Part shown: positions 40,701 to 53,192 of the stretch, piece after piece
Numbering within the stretch: the first letter of the stretch is position 1
Layout of the letters: each line of letters starts with the position of its first letter
Assembly: GCA_964247055.1 (NCBI GenBank)
Contig: OZ176055.1
Coordinates: forward strand, 4,092,001-4,156,000
Source of the DNA: Paragordius varius
Lineage: Eukaryota > Animalia > Nematomorpha
Direction: 5' to 3'
DNA: 64,000 nt
Made by a program: the position numbers and the translations under genes
The notes under the pieces: model-generated
Database searches by the model: none
What the model was told of the DNA's origin: nothing
What the model saw: the letters and a program-made list of their open reading frames with translations, nothing else

Positions 40701-43700
40701 TTATTAAAATTATTTTATAAAATAGAGGTAAATGTTTTACTGTCATTGCCTTGCTTTCAAATTAAAAATATATAACACAGGTTTTTTATCTAAGGTTATG
40801 GGTAGTTACTGTGTTTTTCAAATCATAATATCAATTTAAAGCAAAATATTAACATTTTTAACCTTTTATAAAAAGCAAAAAATTATGGAAAAATATTAAT
40901 TGATATACCTGTATAACAAGGTAAGATCCATTTTTCTTTCGTTTTAAAACATCAAGCGCTTCAGGCGCAAATGATGGTGCAATTATTCCATCCGATACCT
41001 TATCGCAAAACGCAGTCAAAAATATATAAATATTTGCAAAACAGTCATAATTTAAAAACTTTGGTAGGTGTAAAAATGCAAAAAAACTTCTTTTTGAAGA
41101 AAATTCGCATAAAATCTTTGCTATTATTAATGTGTCCCCGTTTTTAGTTTTAAAAAACTATTTTCGTTAAAAAAATGATCTAATCACCTCTTTGGCTATT
41201 AGCGCCGCAGTTTGAACATCACATTCATGGGATAAAGCAATAAAATCGCCATAAGATGACATTCTATCCGAACCTAATTATATAAAAGCAATACTTAATA
41301 AATTATAAACAAGTTATTTGAAAGTATAATATATATGTACGTAAAATTTTGCTATCGCCTTTAAAACCGTGATTTTATAAATATAAACCTGACCGATGTA
41401 TTAATTTTTTTAAACAAATAATGCACAATTTCATCCATATTTTTTGTAATATAGATAATTTTTTGATAAAAATACTGCAGTCGAAATATTTCAGATTGTG
41501 TATAAAAATCTTTCAATATTCTCAGTATTTCGCACACTATGTTTAATAAGTTTAAAACAAAACTTACAACGCGCTCTCGTGAAAGCTATAGCCATAGGCG
41601 TCATGTGTTGAATATTGTTAATATCCAACATAAATACTTGGGAATCACGTTTGGTATCAACAAAAGGAGCAGAAATTCCAACTCCCGCAGGACTAACATG
41701 CTTAAATGAAGCCGCAACCGCATAGCAAAAGGTATCTGTGTAGAGTAATATGTCTGTATATAGATATCAATTATAAAATTTTTTTATTAAATCAATCATT
41801 TATATTTTTTCAAAAAAGTATTAAATCATCCAATGTTTGTATGTGGTTTTGCCTTAATATTTATTTTAAAACTTATTAATTTTACTCAGTTGAAAGCTTA
41901 TCCATTTTCCAAATTATTATATGAGTTTGATTAATTTCAATGAATCTGGTAATATACCAATCCATAAAGTATGATCTTTTTATCCTACAAAATATTATTA
42001 CAAAATTAATTTTTTATAACTAAATAAATATATAAAAGTGTTTTCAGAAAGACCCTATAACTCAATTTTAATTTTTCACCAATCTGATTCTAATACCTTT
42101 ACTTTATTTCAGAAAATTAGCAAATTTAATTTTAATTCATGTTTTTTACAGTGTAATAATTGAATATTAATAATAATAATCTACAATAAACAATAGATAA
42201 AATGAAAACTGTAAACACCAACCTTCACCGTTAGTTAAATGGCTTAAATCTCCATTAATCTCATTTGAAAAATGTGAATTATCGTTTAATCCGTTTGGCA
42301 TTTTGTTTATGCTTTTCAAGTTTTGTGCCAATTCTGAAACTAAAGCCCAGCCATTCAAAGCATCCAACATATTAATGTAACCGGGTGCCCCGTTTAGAAC
42401 TATGTAAATGAAATAAAAATATTTAAAAATAGATAAGCTTCATGCTTTAATAAAAATCTTAAAAATGGTAAGAAATTTGTTCATTTAATAAAATATTATA
42501 TTAGCATTTATTGTTTCCAAAAAAATATTAAAATTATCATTATATATCGATAAAAAATATAATTGGATACGAATTTGTATAAATATTAAGAAATGTAAAA
42601 GGTCATCCATCACAGTTGGACGTCTTCTTTAATTACTAACAATGCTTTTCAATATCGTTCACCATATTTTATCATATGCTCCAATTCATAATAATATATT
42701 TTAAAAAACATAAATGACAAATAATTTAACTTTCAAAAAATCATATTGATTTTATGTATCTAACGAAAAACTTTTGATAGGTAGCGGACCAAACGCATTA
42801 AATATTTGTGCCGGTTTTTGATTGGGATTCATTCCGTACCGCAAATCAATTTGATAAGAAAGGTTTTTTTCGCCCTCACCACAAGAAGATAGATCTTTTG
42901 AATATTGTTTCCGCAGGTAATTGGATATAGCATCATCGTATTGAGCTGTGTGAGAAAATGCCTAAAAATAATACATAATTTTGAGGTCATGATTAATACG
43001 GTAACATTATTGGTAAAATGATAGAAAAAAACCCTTTAAGTTTCAAATAGAAAAATAATTTACTATCCATTGTTATAAATACAAAAAAACCATTTTGCAA
43101 AAATTATTGCTTTTTTAAAAAATAACTTGTTTCATCATAGAAATGAATGAGCTTTAATTAATGTTTAGGTTTTAATAATATGGATATATTAAAGGTAAGG
43201 GTAGATATTATAACCAAAGATATGTAGATAAACTTTTTAAACAAAACAATGAGATTTATATATTTATAAACTATTAGCAATAAATAATTAATTCTCTCCT
43301 ATCAATGTATTTATTAAGTATTTTTGGGTTTGTAAAGTATTAAAAAATAAACACTTTTTATATTAAAATTCGTATAAAAATGTTATTATTCCCAATTTTA
43401 TAAAAAATGATTGAAGATATATTGGCTAAAATTATTGATAAAATTGAATTTTGCGATTATAACCTTACATCAATTATAAAAATGCTAATATTAAAAGTAA
43501 GGAATAAATATATAGAATACATAAAAAATGAAGATTCTTTCATTATGAGTGTCAAATAAATTTTGTAAATTATTTTGACACGTATTTATTATTAATACTT
43601 TTAAAGCAAGGTGTTTGCGTGTCTCCACCGAGATCATGTTTAACTCTTCATATTCTTGAATAAACACATCATAGTCTTGACAAGTGCATAAAACAGTAAC

Positions 43701-44864
43701 TCTTTCGGCATTTTTCGCAGCGGCCCTCAAAAGCGTCACACCCCCAATATCAATATTTTCTATGGCATCCTCAAAACTTATATCATCAATATTTTGCGTG
43801 ACTTGAGTGAAGGGATATAAATTGCATATGACAAGGCTATATAAGTATAGCGATATATTTATAATAAATGAAAATATTTTTCCTGTCCCAATTGTCTTAA
43901 TACTCAAAAATTAATGTCTATGACTTATTTGAAAATATTTTTACACCAAATAAGTATATCAAATATTTTAAGAAATATATCAGGGTCATAAAAAAAATTT
44001 AGGGACACGGTTTAAATATCACTGATTCAGACTATACTTCTGTCATATAATAGATAAAATGAAAATAAACAGATTATAAAAATATTGTGATTAAAATAGT
44101 TCACCATGCATCATATTCGTTTAATTTGTTATTGTAATATCCATTTCCTGGTTTATTTAAAAAAAATATAAATTAAACTTAGCATTATAGTTTATATCGA
44201 TTATAAATTGTATTGGAAAGGAAACGTTATTAGAGAATCGGAATCTAAAAAATTTATTGGAAAATTTTTTTCAATTAGTGATACATTGATAACCATCTTT
44301 ATTGTTTGCAGGTTTATTTATGGGTTTTTTAACATTTATAAAAGTAGAATCAACTGGTTGATATATTTTTTGTGGTTAATTATTACTTTGTATCGTAAAA
44401 TAGATATCCTGATTTTAAATAATATAACCAAAATTAGAACAATACCGAATTGGAAACGGAAACAAACATATTTAAAATTAAAACCATTAGGTGTAATCCG
44501 TTAATAAGTAGATTTTTAACCAAAAATAATCCCGGTAAAACTTTGTTAAAAATAGCTTACTCAATTTTTTCAAAATTAAAATCAGCCAAATCTTTGTCAT
44601 CATCTTTGTTGTTGTTTCTGGCAAGTATACCGGCATATATGGCTGGATGTAAGGTTTTTACTCTGCCACCCAATATTTCCACAAAACCGGTATATTTTGA
44701 AATATTAGTGACGGGTATACCTAAGTTTTCGATGTATTTGGAAGTATTGCCAGAAGCGATTAATTCATATTGCTTTGAAGATAAAAATTTAACAATTTTA
44801 TCGAGATATGTTTTATCAGATACACTAATAATTGCTAAATTTATAATCAATTAAAACCTCTCAT
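37764..44864 (-). CDS. ATIC: Bifunctional AICAR transformylase/IMP cyclohydrolase
   Basis: Exons 44864-44858, 44834-44561, 43836-43599, 42961-42772, 42399-42223, ~41750-41568, 41273-41188, 40998-40909, 40575-40441, 40149-39983, 39069-38949, 38387-38292, 37883-37764. A small exon between 38388 and 38948 may be missing. Motifs [78 protein letters not shown]. Confidence 0.95.
39546..39941. mobile_element. MITE, TACCATTT family (short type), copy 4
   Basis: TA|TACCATTTACAGTTC...GAACTGTAAATGGTA|TA with about five 21-bp units per arm. Lies in an ATIC intron. Confidence 0.9.
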
Positions 44865-44936
44865 TTTCAGCGTGGTTTTCTTCAACCGAGTTTACAATAG
44901 TGTTTTTAATGTTGGATTAAAAAAAATTAAATATTT
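44865..44936. promoter_or_regulatory. Putative bidirectional promoter region between ATIC and MED10
   Basis: Only 72 nt separate the divergent ATGs at 44864 (-) and 44937 (+). Confidence 0.55.
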
Positions 44937-45465
44937 ATGATGGAAGAAACTCTTTCTCGGACCAAATATGACTCATTAAGTAAACGACTAGAAGAACTTA
45001 TAGAGCATTTTAGACTAATTGAAATAATGGTTAGCGATTTTCAGCCACAAAGCCAAGTTGCGTTTAACCAGCAAATGTAATACTTATTTTTCTTTTTTAA
45101 AATAAATCATATATCATTTTTTTCTTTTAGAAATTCTGTCATTGAAAATTTACAAGAAATTCAAAATATTAAGCTCGATCTACCAGATATTCAAATCCCA
45201 TTCGATCTAATTGAGTATTATATGTTAATATTCCAGATTTATTGATAAAGATTTAACCACTGAAATATATATGAAAGATAATATGGATAAATGTATATTT
45301 AAGAATGAGGAGTCAAAAAAACGAGTTGAAACCTTTCAGGTTTTTTGAACATTTTAATTTCAGAAATTCAAAACTTTATTGACATCCGAAATATCCAATA
45401 TTTATCCGACTGATATAACGAAATACAACATATTACGCAGTGAAGATACAACATTTGAAATTTGA
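44937..45465 (+). CDS. MED10: Mediator complex subunit 10
   Basis: Not in the ORF track. Exons 44937-45076, 45131-45214, 45237-45339, 45364-45465 give ..LEELIEHFRLIEIMVSDFQPQSQVAFNQQINSVIENLQEI..IQIPFDLIEFIDKD..KNEESKKRVETFQKFKTLLTSEISNIYPTDITKYNILRSED.., colinear with human MED10. Confidence 0.9.
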
Positions 45466-45471
45466 ATTGTC

Positions 45472-47076
45472 ATGTCCATGTTTATTAAGGATAAATTAAA
45501 GACATTTTTAAATGTAAAATATTTAAGTATTATCGAGGATTATACCCGCACTCATTACATTTTGTTTGGTCATGAAATGGTTAAAATGCTCGTAACTACC
45601 CTTAATTTTTTGAAAAAAATATATTCTTTATCATATTTTTCAAAGTGTCGTTTCTCCGAAAATTTATCAACTTTTTGTTGGTTATCTATTCTTGATGATC
45701 TTTGGTGTAAATTTGAATATTTGAGTGATTTTGTTTGGGAACAGTTGAATACGGGTTTATGGAAAGATGTAAATCAATGTTGGCGTTATATGTATGCCCA
45801 TCTAAATTATTGCAAAATAATTATTATTATCTCAATTTTCGAAGGGTTAGGAGATTATACATCAATTTCAGTTTTGAAAAATATTAAATACATCAAACAT
45901 ATAACAAAAAGTATTGAAGCACTTTTGATCAAATATGAGCCAGTATGTGAAAGTTATGAATCTAATATATTCCCATATTATCTTGTATGTTTGTGTGATC
46001 TTTCAATACTTTCTGGATTACCGGATACTTTGCCTTTCAATGCTAACGACGGGTCCAACACTTTAAAAATGTATGAAGAAGATATGTTTAATAGTAATAA
46101 CCATTCTACTACTATTTTCCACTATATTGCCCAAGTCTGTACTCATTATTTGACAGGGCAGTTATTGTATGCCAATTTCTCCGATAGTTTACAGAGAGGA
46201 TTTGATAAAATCTTGCACTCAAATGAAGCATCGATTAACGATTTCAACTTGCGATATCCACTTCACGAATATGTTTGTCCTACATTGAGTTTTTTTAGTT
46301 CCCTGGTCCAATTAAAACAACCCTTTGTAATTAGTGATGCACTAAACATAGACGAGTGGCCTTGTATACCATCTTTTAATAAGGCGAAATCTTGGAAAAA
46401 CCTACGTTATTTATTAAGTGTTTGTGGACCTCGTTTAATACCCGTTGAAATTGGTAGTAAATACACTGATGTACAATGGAAACAATGTTTAATGCCCTTT
46501 GATAGATTCGTTAATGATTATTTGATTGGATCGAACCCGCTAAATAAAAGTAATGTTTTGGTATCTAATACACAACTTTCGACGCCCAAAGGATATTTAG
46601 CTCAGCACTTTCTTTTTGATCAGATACCTGAATTAATGCAAGATTTTGAAATCCCAATATACTGTTATGTGAATATTGACAACAATAATATCTTAACATA
46701 CTCTGATGAATCGTCTAACTCATGTGATGACGTTGAAATTAATTGCTGGTTTGGTCCAAGCCAAACTGTATCACCCCTACACACTGACCCTAAACCTAAT
46801 TTACTTTGTCAAGTTTTTGGGTGCAAATACGTTAGACTCTATGATCCTATTTATTCCGATCGCTTATATGCTTATGAAAAGAGTCATCTCCTCTCTAACA
46901 ATACAAGTCCAATTGACGTTGAACACCCGGATTATGAACGTTTTCCCAATTTCCTAAATGTACCTTACAGTGAATGCATATTGCGAAGTGGCGAAATGTT
47001 ATACATACCACCGGGATATTGGCACTACGTTAGATCGTTGGAACCGACTTTTTCCATCAATTTTTGGTGGCAATGA
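45472..47076 (+). CDS. KDM8: JmjC-domain hydroxylase JMJD5/KDM8, intronless, 534 aa
   Basis: VWEQLNTGLWKDV N-terminal motif, GPRLIPVEIGSKYT, GYLAQHFLFDQIPEL, HTD and WHYVRSL Fe(II) ligands, FSINFWW end. Confidence 0.93.
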   Translation: MSMFIKDKLKTFLNVKYLSIIEDYTRTHYILFGHEMVKMLVTTLNFLKKIYSLSYFSKCRFSENLSTFCWLSILDDLWCKFEYLSDFVWEQLNTGLWKDVNQCWRYMYAHLNYCKIIIIISIFEGLGDYTSISVLKNIKYIKHITKSIEALLIKYEPVCESYESNIFPYYLVCLCDLSILSGLPDTLPFNANDGSNTLKMYEEDMFNSNNHSTTIFHYIAQVCTHYLTGQLLYANFSDSLQRGFDKILHSNEASINDFNLRYPLHEYVCPTLSFFSSLVQLKQPFVISDALNIDEWPCIPSFNKAKSWKNLRYLLSVCGPRLIPVEIGSKYTDVQWKQCLMPFDRFVNDYLIGSNPLNKSNVLVSNTQLSTPKGYLAQHFLFDQIPELMQDFEIPIYCYVNIDNNNILTYSDESSNSCDDVEINCWFGPSQTVSPLHTDPKPNLLCQVFGCKYVRLYDPIYSDRLYAYEKSHLLSNNTSPIDVEHPDYERFPNFLNVPYSECILRSGEMLYIPPGYWHYVRSLEPTFSINFWWQ

Positions 47077-47497
47077 AAAAAAAATGTTTTATATTTTATA
47101 TCTATTTTATTTGTGATATATTGTAAAATAAATCGTACCTTTCCTTAAATTTTTGATGAATAAGGCTAAAAATTAGGTCATCCTATAGTAAACATTCCCC
47201 TAAACCAAACTATATTTAGTAAATAAAGAGTCATTTTTAGAGCATTGATTTACGATTGGCAATTACATAGCATTTATTTTACTTAGGTACTTCAAAAATA
47301 GCTATTCAAATTTTTGCTAGTAACTTGTGTAAATAAATATGGCAATCAAATGTTGAAAAAAATACTATTATATGCCCTAAATAACAACCCACTTAAAAAG
47401 TGTATCAAACTCTTCTAATTATCGCTGAATCATAGGCTCATATAAAAATATTAGGATGATTCAAAGAAATTAAAATTTATCTTTTGGGAAAACTAAA

Positions 47498-50400
47498 ATG
47501 TTGAATTTAAAGTTTTTTACAATATTCTTATTCATTCTTATCGGATGTAAGTTTTTCATATTAAATAAAAGTGGATATTATCATACCCACATTTTTGCAG
47601 TCTTAAAATTATCCAAAATTTTAATGTGTCAATTTATCAAATGCCATTATTACCTTATATATCTGGAATGATAAACCATCATTGATAAACCATTTAGATC
47701 AGGGGTGTCCAACACGCCCTTTAAAATATTTATGCGACCCGCAAGATACCGAATACAAAATTTTATATATAAAAACTGGTGTTTACAAAATCTAAGGAAA
47801 AATTATGTTTATTAAACTAAGTTTTTAAATTTGAAAATAAAGTTGCTAACTTGTATATAAATTGTGTTCGTATATGTTTTTAGATTCTATTGTTTGAAAT
47901 TTAATAAAATATTCATTATATCTTTTTCGAATGCGGCTTACGAGGCCATTTGTGCTGGGCACCCCTGTTTAGATAAACAAAATTATGAAAGATATTATGA
48001 AAGACATCCTAACACTTCTGACCACATCACATTAATTTGGGCACTTAAAAAATATATTATTTTCAACCATTTTTTACTTCACTTAAGCGTATTGAATCAT
48101 ACATCATACGATAGCTAAAAGTTTCAAGATAATATTTGTCAATATGATATATACTAGGGGTGGCCAAATGTTCGACTTCGTGCCCGTGAGATTAAACGTG
48201 ACCGCCTGAAAAATTTATAAAAAATGTAAAAATATTTTTGCATAGAATTTTTTTCCATAAAATTTTAATTTATTTTTCATAATTTATTTTTGTTTTGAAA
48301 AAAATTTACCCGTTAACAAAAAATATTTAACTAATTTAATTAAGATAAATAGCCGCATATTTGGAAAATTTCTGCACTTTTCAACTCTTTTTTTGGATCC
48401 ACATTTGTATGAATGTTATTAAAACTAAACAGAGATCACGATTAACTGATAAATATTTCGAATCTTGCCTGAGAATTGCACTGATTTTATATAAACCCAA
48501 TTTTGAAAAACTTTCTAAATTATGGCATACTCAATCTCTTAAATATTTTTTTAAAGTAACATCAAGTTTTTCCACATTCAGCTCACATGACATCGGGATA
48601 ATTTAAAACCGAAATTCTAAATGTTAACGAACTCTGATTAGTTTTCATTACACATCCAAATCTAGCAAATTTGCTTTAAGAAAATGGTTAAGTATTTGAG
48701 TTTTACATTCAACAAATTATCAAACGGAGATAAAACATGGAAATGTATTCGAGTTTATGTATTGAGAAAAATTTTTTCTCCAATATCATCGACATTTTTT
48801 AAATCAACTTTTCAGATTACGTCAAATTAGAAAAATGTGACACTGTTTTTAATTGATTTACACCGTACAATTTTTCTGAGAATCTTTCGTCTACTTAGAT
48901 ATAGCTGTAATAAAAATTGTCTTAATCTGTATAAAAAAGCAGCAGGTCTTAACCATCTTTCATCTGTATTAACTAGTTAACTATGTCAACACCAATTCCT
49001 TTTAACCAAACCTAAAACTGCTGTGCGACCCTCTTTTCCAATTGACGAAAATCTTGAAGCATATGTCGATTATTTAAAACCTGGTGTGCGGTGATCCATA
49101 AAATCTGGTAAATTATAGATATCTTTACCAAGAGCTACAAATCCATTTTTTACTTCAATCATCCGAAATCCATCGCAAGATGTACAATTAAAAGTATCTA
49201 CTGTAAATTAAATCATTTGAATAAAATGTTTTAGTATTTGTACACTGATTGTGGCAACCAGAGGTCTTCTGAATCATTAATATTTTAACAAAAAGATTTT
49301 ATATAAAAATAACTACCAAATATATTTTTTACAATATTATTTCAAAATGGCCTGTGATAGTCACCCCAATCCGTAAATAGAGATATATATTTTGATAAAG
49401 TGATAAATGATTTTTTTTATTCTTAATATTTATACATGCCCGCCTGAAATTTTATGTCAAAAAGGTAGCCTGTGGGAAAAAAGGATAGCCACCCCTGATA
49501 TATACGGTTAAAATACTAGAAATAAAGTTATCTAAATTTTTTAGTTATTAGCCAAAATCAAAAAATCGCATTTTTATCCCATATTAGGTTAAATAAAATT
49601 CAACACAATAGATGAAAACGTGTCAACTAAATTTTATATGTTTTAATTTAATATAGCACAAGAATAATTCGCCAATTTTTTTTATAAAAGCAAATTTTTT
49701 GAAGTATATTGGATAATCTTTATAAGAGTTAATATATAATTGTTTTAATAAAAATTAAAATCTTTTACCGCATATTAACAATTTTTTATGATTTAAATTT
49801 GACGCCAAAGTGCGTTTTAATTTATAGTCTTGTAAATCTTTCTGGGACCCTCAGAAAAAATGTAAAGTCCTTGTTGATAATATTTTGCGCAAGGAATTAT
49901 CATAATTAAAATTTGGTTGACACGTTTTCATCTATTGTCTTTAATTTTATTTGGCCTAATATGCGATAAAAATGCGATTCTTTGATTTTGCCTAATCATA
50001 GAAAAATTAAAATAATTTTCTTAAGTATTTTAACCACATGTATCATTTCGAAATTTATTATCCTGGTACTTTAAGCTATCGATTGATTAATACAATGAAG
50101 GCACAAGCGAAACGCCTGCCCGTCTGATGTAGCAATTTGATTTTTTATAGTTGTCGAAACGATTATGCTAAAATAAATCTTGTGAACTCTTATAAATAAA
50201 CACATAAAATAATGGTAGATTCTAATTAAGGGTGTAACTTTTGTTTGCTTAAAGTTTCCAAATCATTATATAAGTAGATTATTTATGATGTCAACTTTTC
50301 AAGATGTCACAAATTGAATAGAGTTTAACGAAATTTGTATACATTTTGTTTAGTGAATGGATTAGATTTTCAACAAATACGTGGTAGAGCTGGAGGCTCA

Positions 50401-53154
50401 ACCCTTTATCGGAGAAACAATAACAACAGAAATAGGGGTAATAATAATAACAATAACCAAAATTTAAATCAAAAAAATGAATTAACCAAATATTTCCCCT
50501 ATATGGCTTCTCAATATACCATTCGATTGGCTTTTTATTCCCCATCTCTTGATGGAAATACAAACTCCAACAATCGAAGAAATATGTATAAGCGAATGGT
50601 TAAACAGGTAAACCCAAAAATAATTGTGAAATCTTAAAAATTTGCAATTCTATTATTAATAAATATTGTTTTCGTTTTTCTGAATATTTTAGTTGAATGT
50701 TCTGTTTGACCGTTACAATCGCACAGGATTTTTCATACAAGCTCATATAGTTGCCCTTTTTAACTATACAGTGAGTTTTCTGAATACTAAAATTTGATTT
50801 ATAAGAATATACCATTTGCACTTCTATTTGGTCCTTTAACATTTCAAGCTCATTGTTAAAAATACTGTTTGAGTAAAAAAATATATCTAAACAAAAATTT
50901 TTAACCGAAAAATTGATTAATAAATTCATCAACAAATTATAAACAAGATTTAATTATTTAAAGACCACTTGTAGTGCAAATAATATACATTCGCCATTTT
51001 ATTTTTTCATTTATGATTGGATGTTATATTCTTTGCCAATTTATGTTGCCTAATTTATAAAAATTAAAATATAGGCTCCTGTTCAAACAAATTTTCAACA
51101 ATTGTTTCGACAATTCGCAAGCGATCAGCGTCAAAACCGCATGAATTTTGATTATGATATTGGCATTTTAGAAATAAAGTAATAATTTATGGTTTATGAA
51201 AAACATTTATTTTAATTATAGGTAAATATAGTCTTCAATAAATTAACTTTTAAAAAAATATTACATTCATTTAAACTGAATTAAAATTTTGTTTTAAATA
51301 TTGCAAATTTTATTATATATATTTACAAATATATGATATAACTACACTAATTTTTATACATGTTTTTTAGTAATTCAACAAACATCCCATCTCAAAGTAT
51401 GTTAGATTCGATTACACAATATATTTGTCTATAAATTAGATTAAAATTAATATATTTTATTTAGATAATTTGGCATATGGTCAAATTTGTGATGCCCAGA
51501 ACAGCGCTATTATACTCCCTACCATTAGTAATGTAAAACAAGCTTCCCTCAGGATCTTCCGCGAAATAGCGAATCTGTAAGTCCTAATACCCTTTTCAAA
51601 AAATTAGCTTAGACGATTTAATTTCACAACATTTTTCTTAAAATTTTCAAAACCTTTCTGTATGGGTTTTAGTTTCGCAAGAAAAAACGTATTTACTACT
51701 TTTATACCGCACATAAATATAGATTTTTAAAGTTTTTTATTATTTATAAAAAATTAGTATTTTTAAGGACTCATAACTTTAAACACTCGTCTGCTTAGGG
51801 CTGACAGTGAGGTTGGATTGGGTAATTACGTAGTTTGAACCTCTCACACGCACTGAAATTTAGTCAGGCGCCCTAACCTTGGTACCATCGCGTTCATTTG
51901 CTTTATAAAAATATTCAAATCATTTCTTTGATAATAAATATGTTTTTTACTAAAAAAATTAAACTTTATGGCGTTTTTGATTTTTAGATTAAAAATCGAA
52001 ATCATGCAGATAAGTAAAAGCAGAAATAATTTTTGTTTAAAAAAAGACCGGCATACTTTTTTAAACTTTATTTTTTAAGTATAACATTGTTTTAAATAGC
52101 AAAGTGTGAATTAGAGATATAAATAGGTAACACAAGCAATTCTATATTTTACACTTGATATTAAATAATTTACAAGGTTTAAAAAAGTATGGTTGTGGGA
52201 AAAAATATTTGTCTTTATGTTTTTGCGTTTTGTCTGTATAATATCAATAGAGTCGGAGTTCGTGTCAGCAACACAGGCGGTAATGATGACAACGATTACG
52301 ACTATGATAATTATGACGATGGGAATGATTACAATGATAATCTAAATAATTATGATGATGATTACAATAATTACGACACTTTTAACATTCAATCTGCATC
52401 AGCTAGTAGAACTAGATTACCCTATCAAAGGCCGCCTAACGATACACCTAGTATTATCAATAACATATCCATTTTAATTTGCTATTTGAGAGATCAATAT
52501 ATTAAATTTTATTCATAAATAAATATACAGTTTAAGGTTTCATTTTTTTCTTTTATATTAAAAGGATAAGAAACTTAAATTGTATCACTCATGAAGGCTT
52601 TAAAACTAGCATGCCCAGTGCTAACAGTGATGATAGAATAATTGGATAGTTTTGGGATTCGAACTCTGGAACTCCACATAGAAACAGTGAAAGAGTCCGG
52701 CACCCCACCTACTATACCATCACGCCTTATAAATTTTACATTATATCCTTATATTTTAGCGAGGGAGCCAATCTACGACACTATAGGTCAACCCTTGGAA
52801 GAAGAATTGAGAGACGACAACACTGATTCATCAACCGTTTTATTATCGAGTACTATACCCAACCCAAGGAATGTGTATGCTGAATTCTTCCCCGGTTCCC
52901 TGACGGTTAAAACGAAAAGGGAAACCAATTCAAATCTTCGTAGACGTCCTAACACATCTGTTTTAAAAGTTAGGTCACGCGCCAATCGTAATAATCAAAA
53001 CAACAATAACCGAAATCGCAATAGAAATAGAAACAATAATAATAATAATCAGGGAAAGGGTTGTAACAATTCAGGCATACGTTTATCGAGTGGAGAAAAA
53101 AGAATGCTAGCGAAACTTAGGTCACAAACATATTAATCGTTGTTTAAAGTGTTT

Positions 53155-53192
<38 letters not shown>

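Noticed and set aside
51788-51892. Functional tRNA gene
   Set aside because: Acceptor and T stems do not pair. Kept only as a possible SINE remnant.
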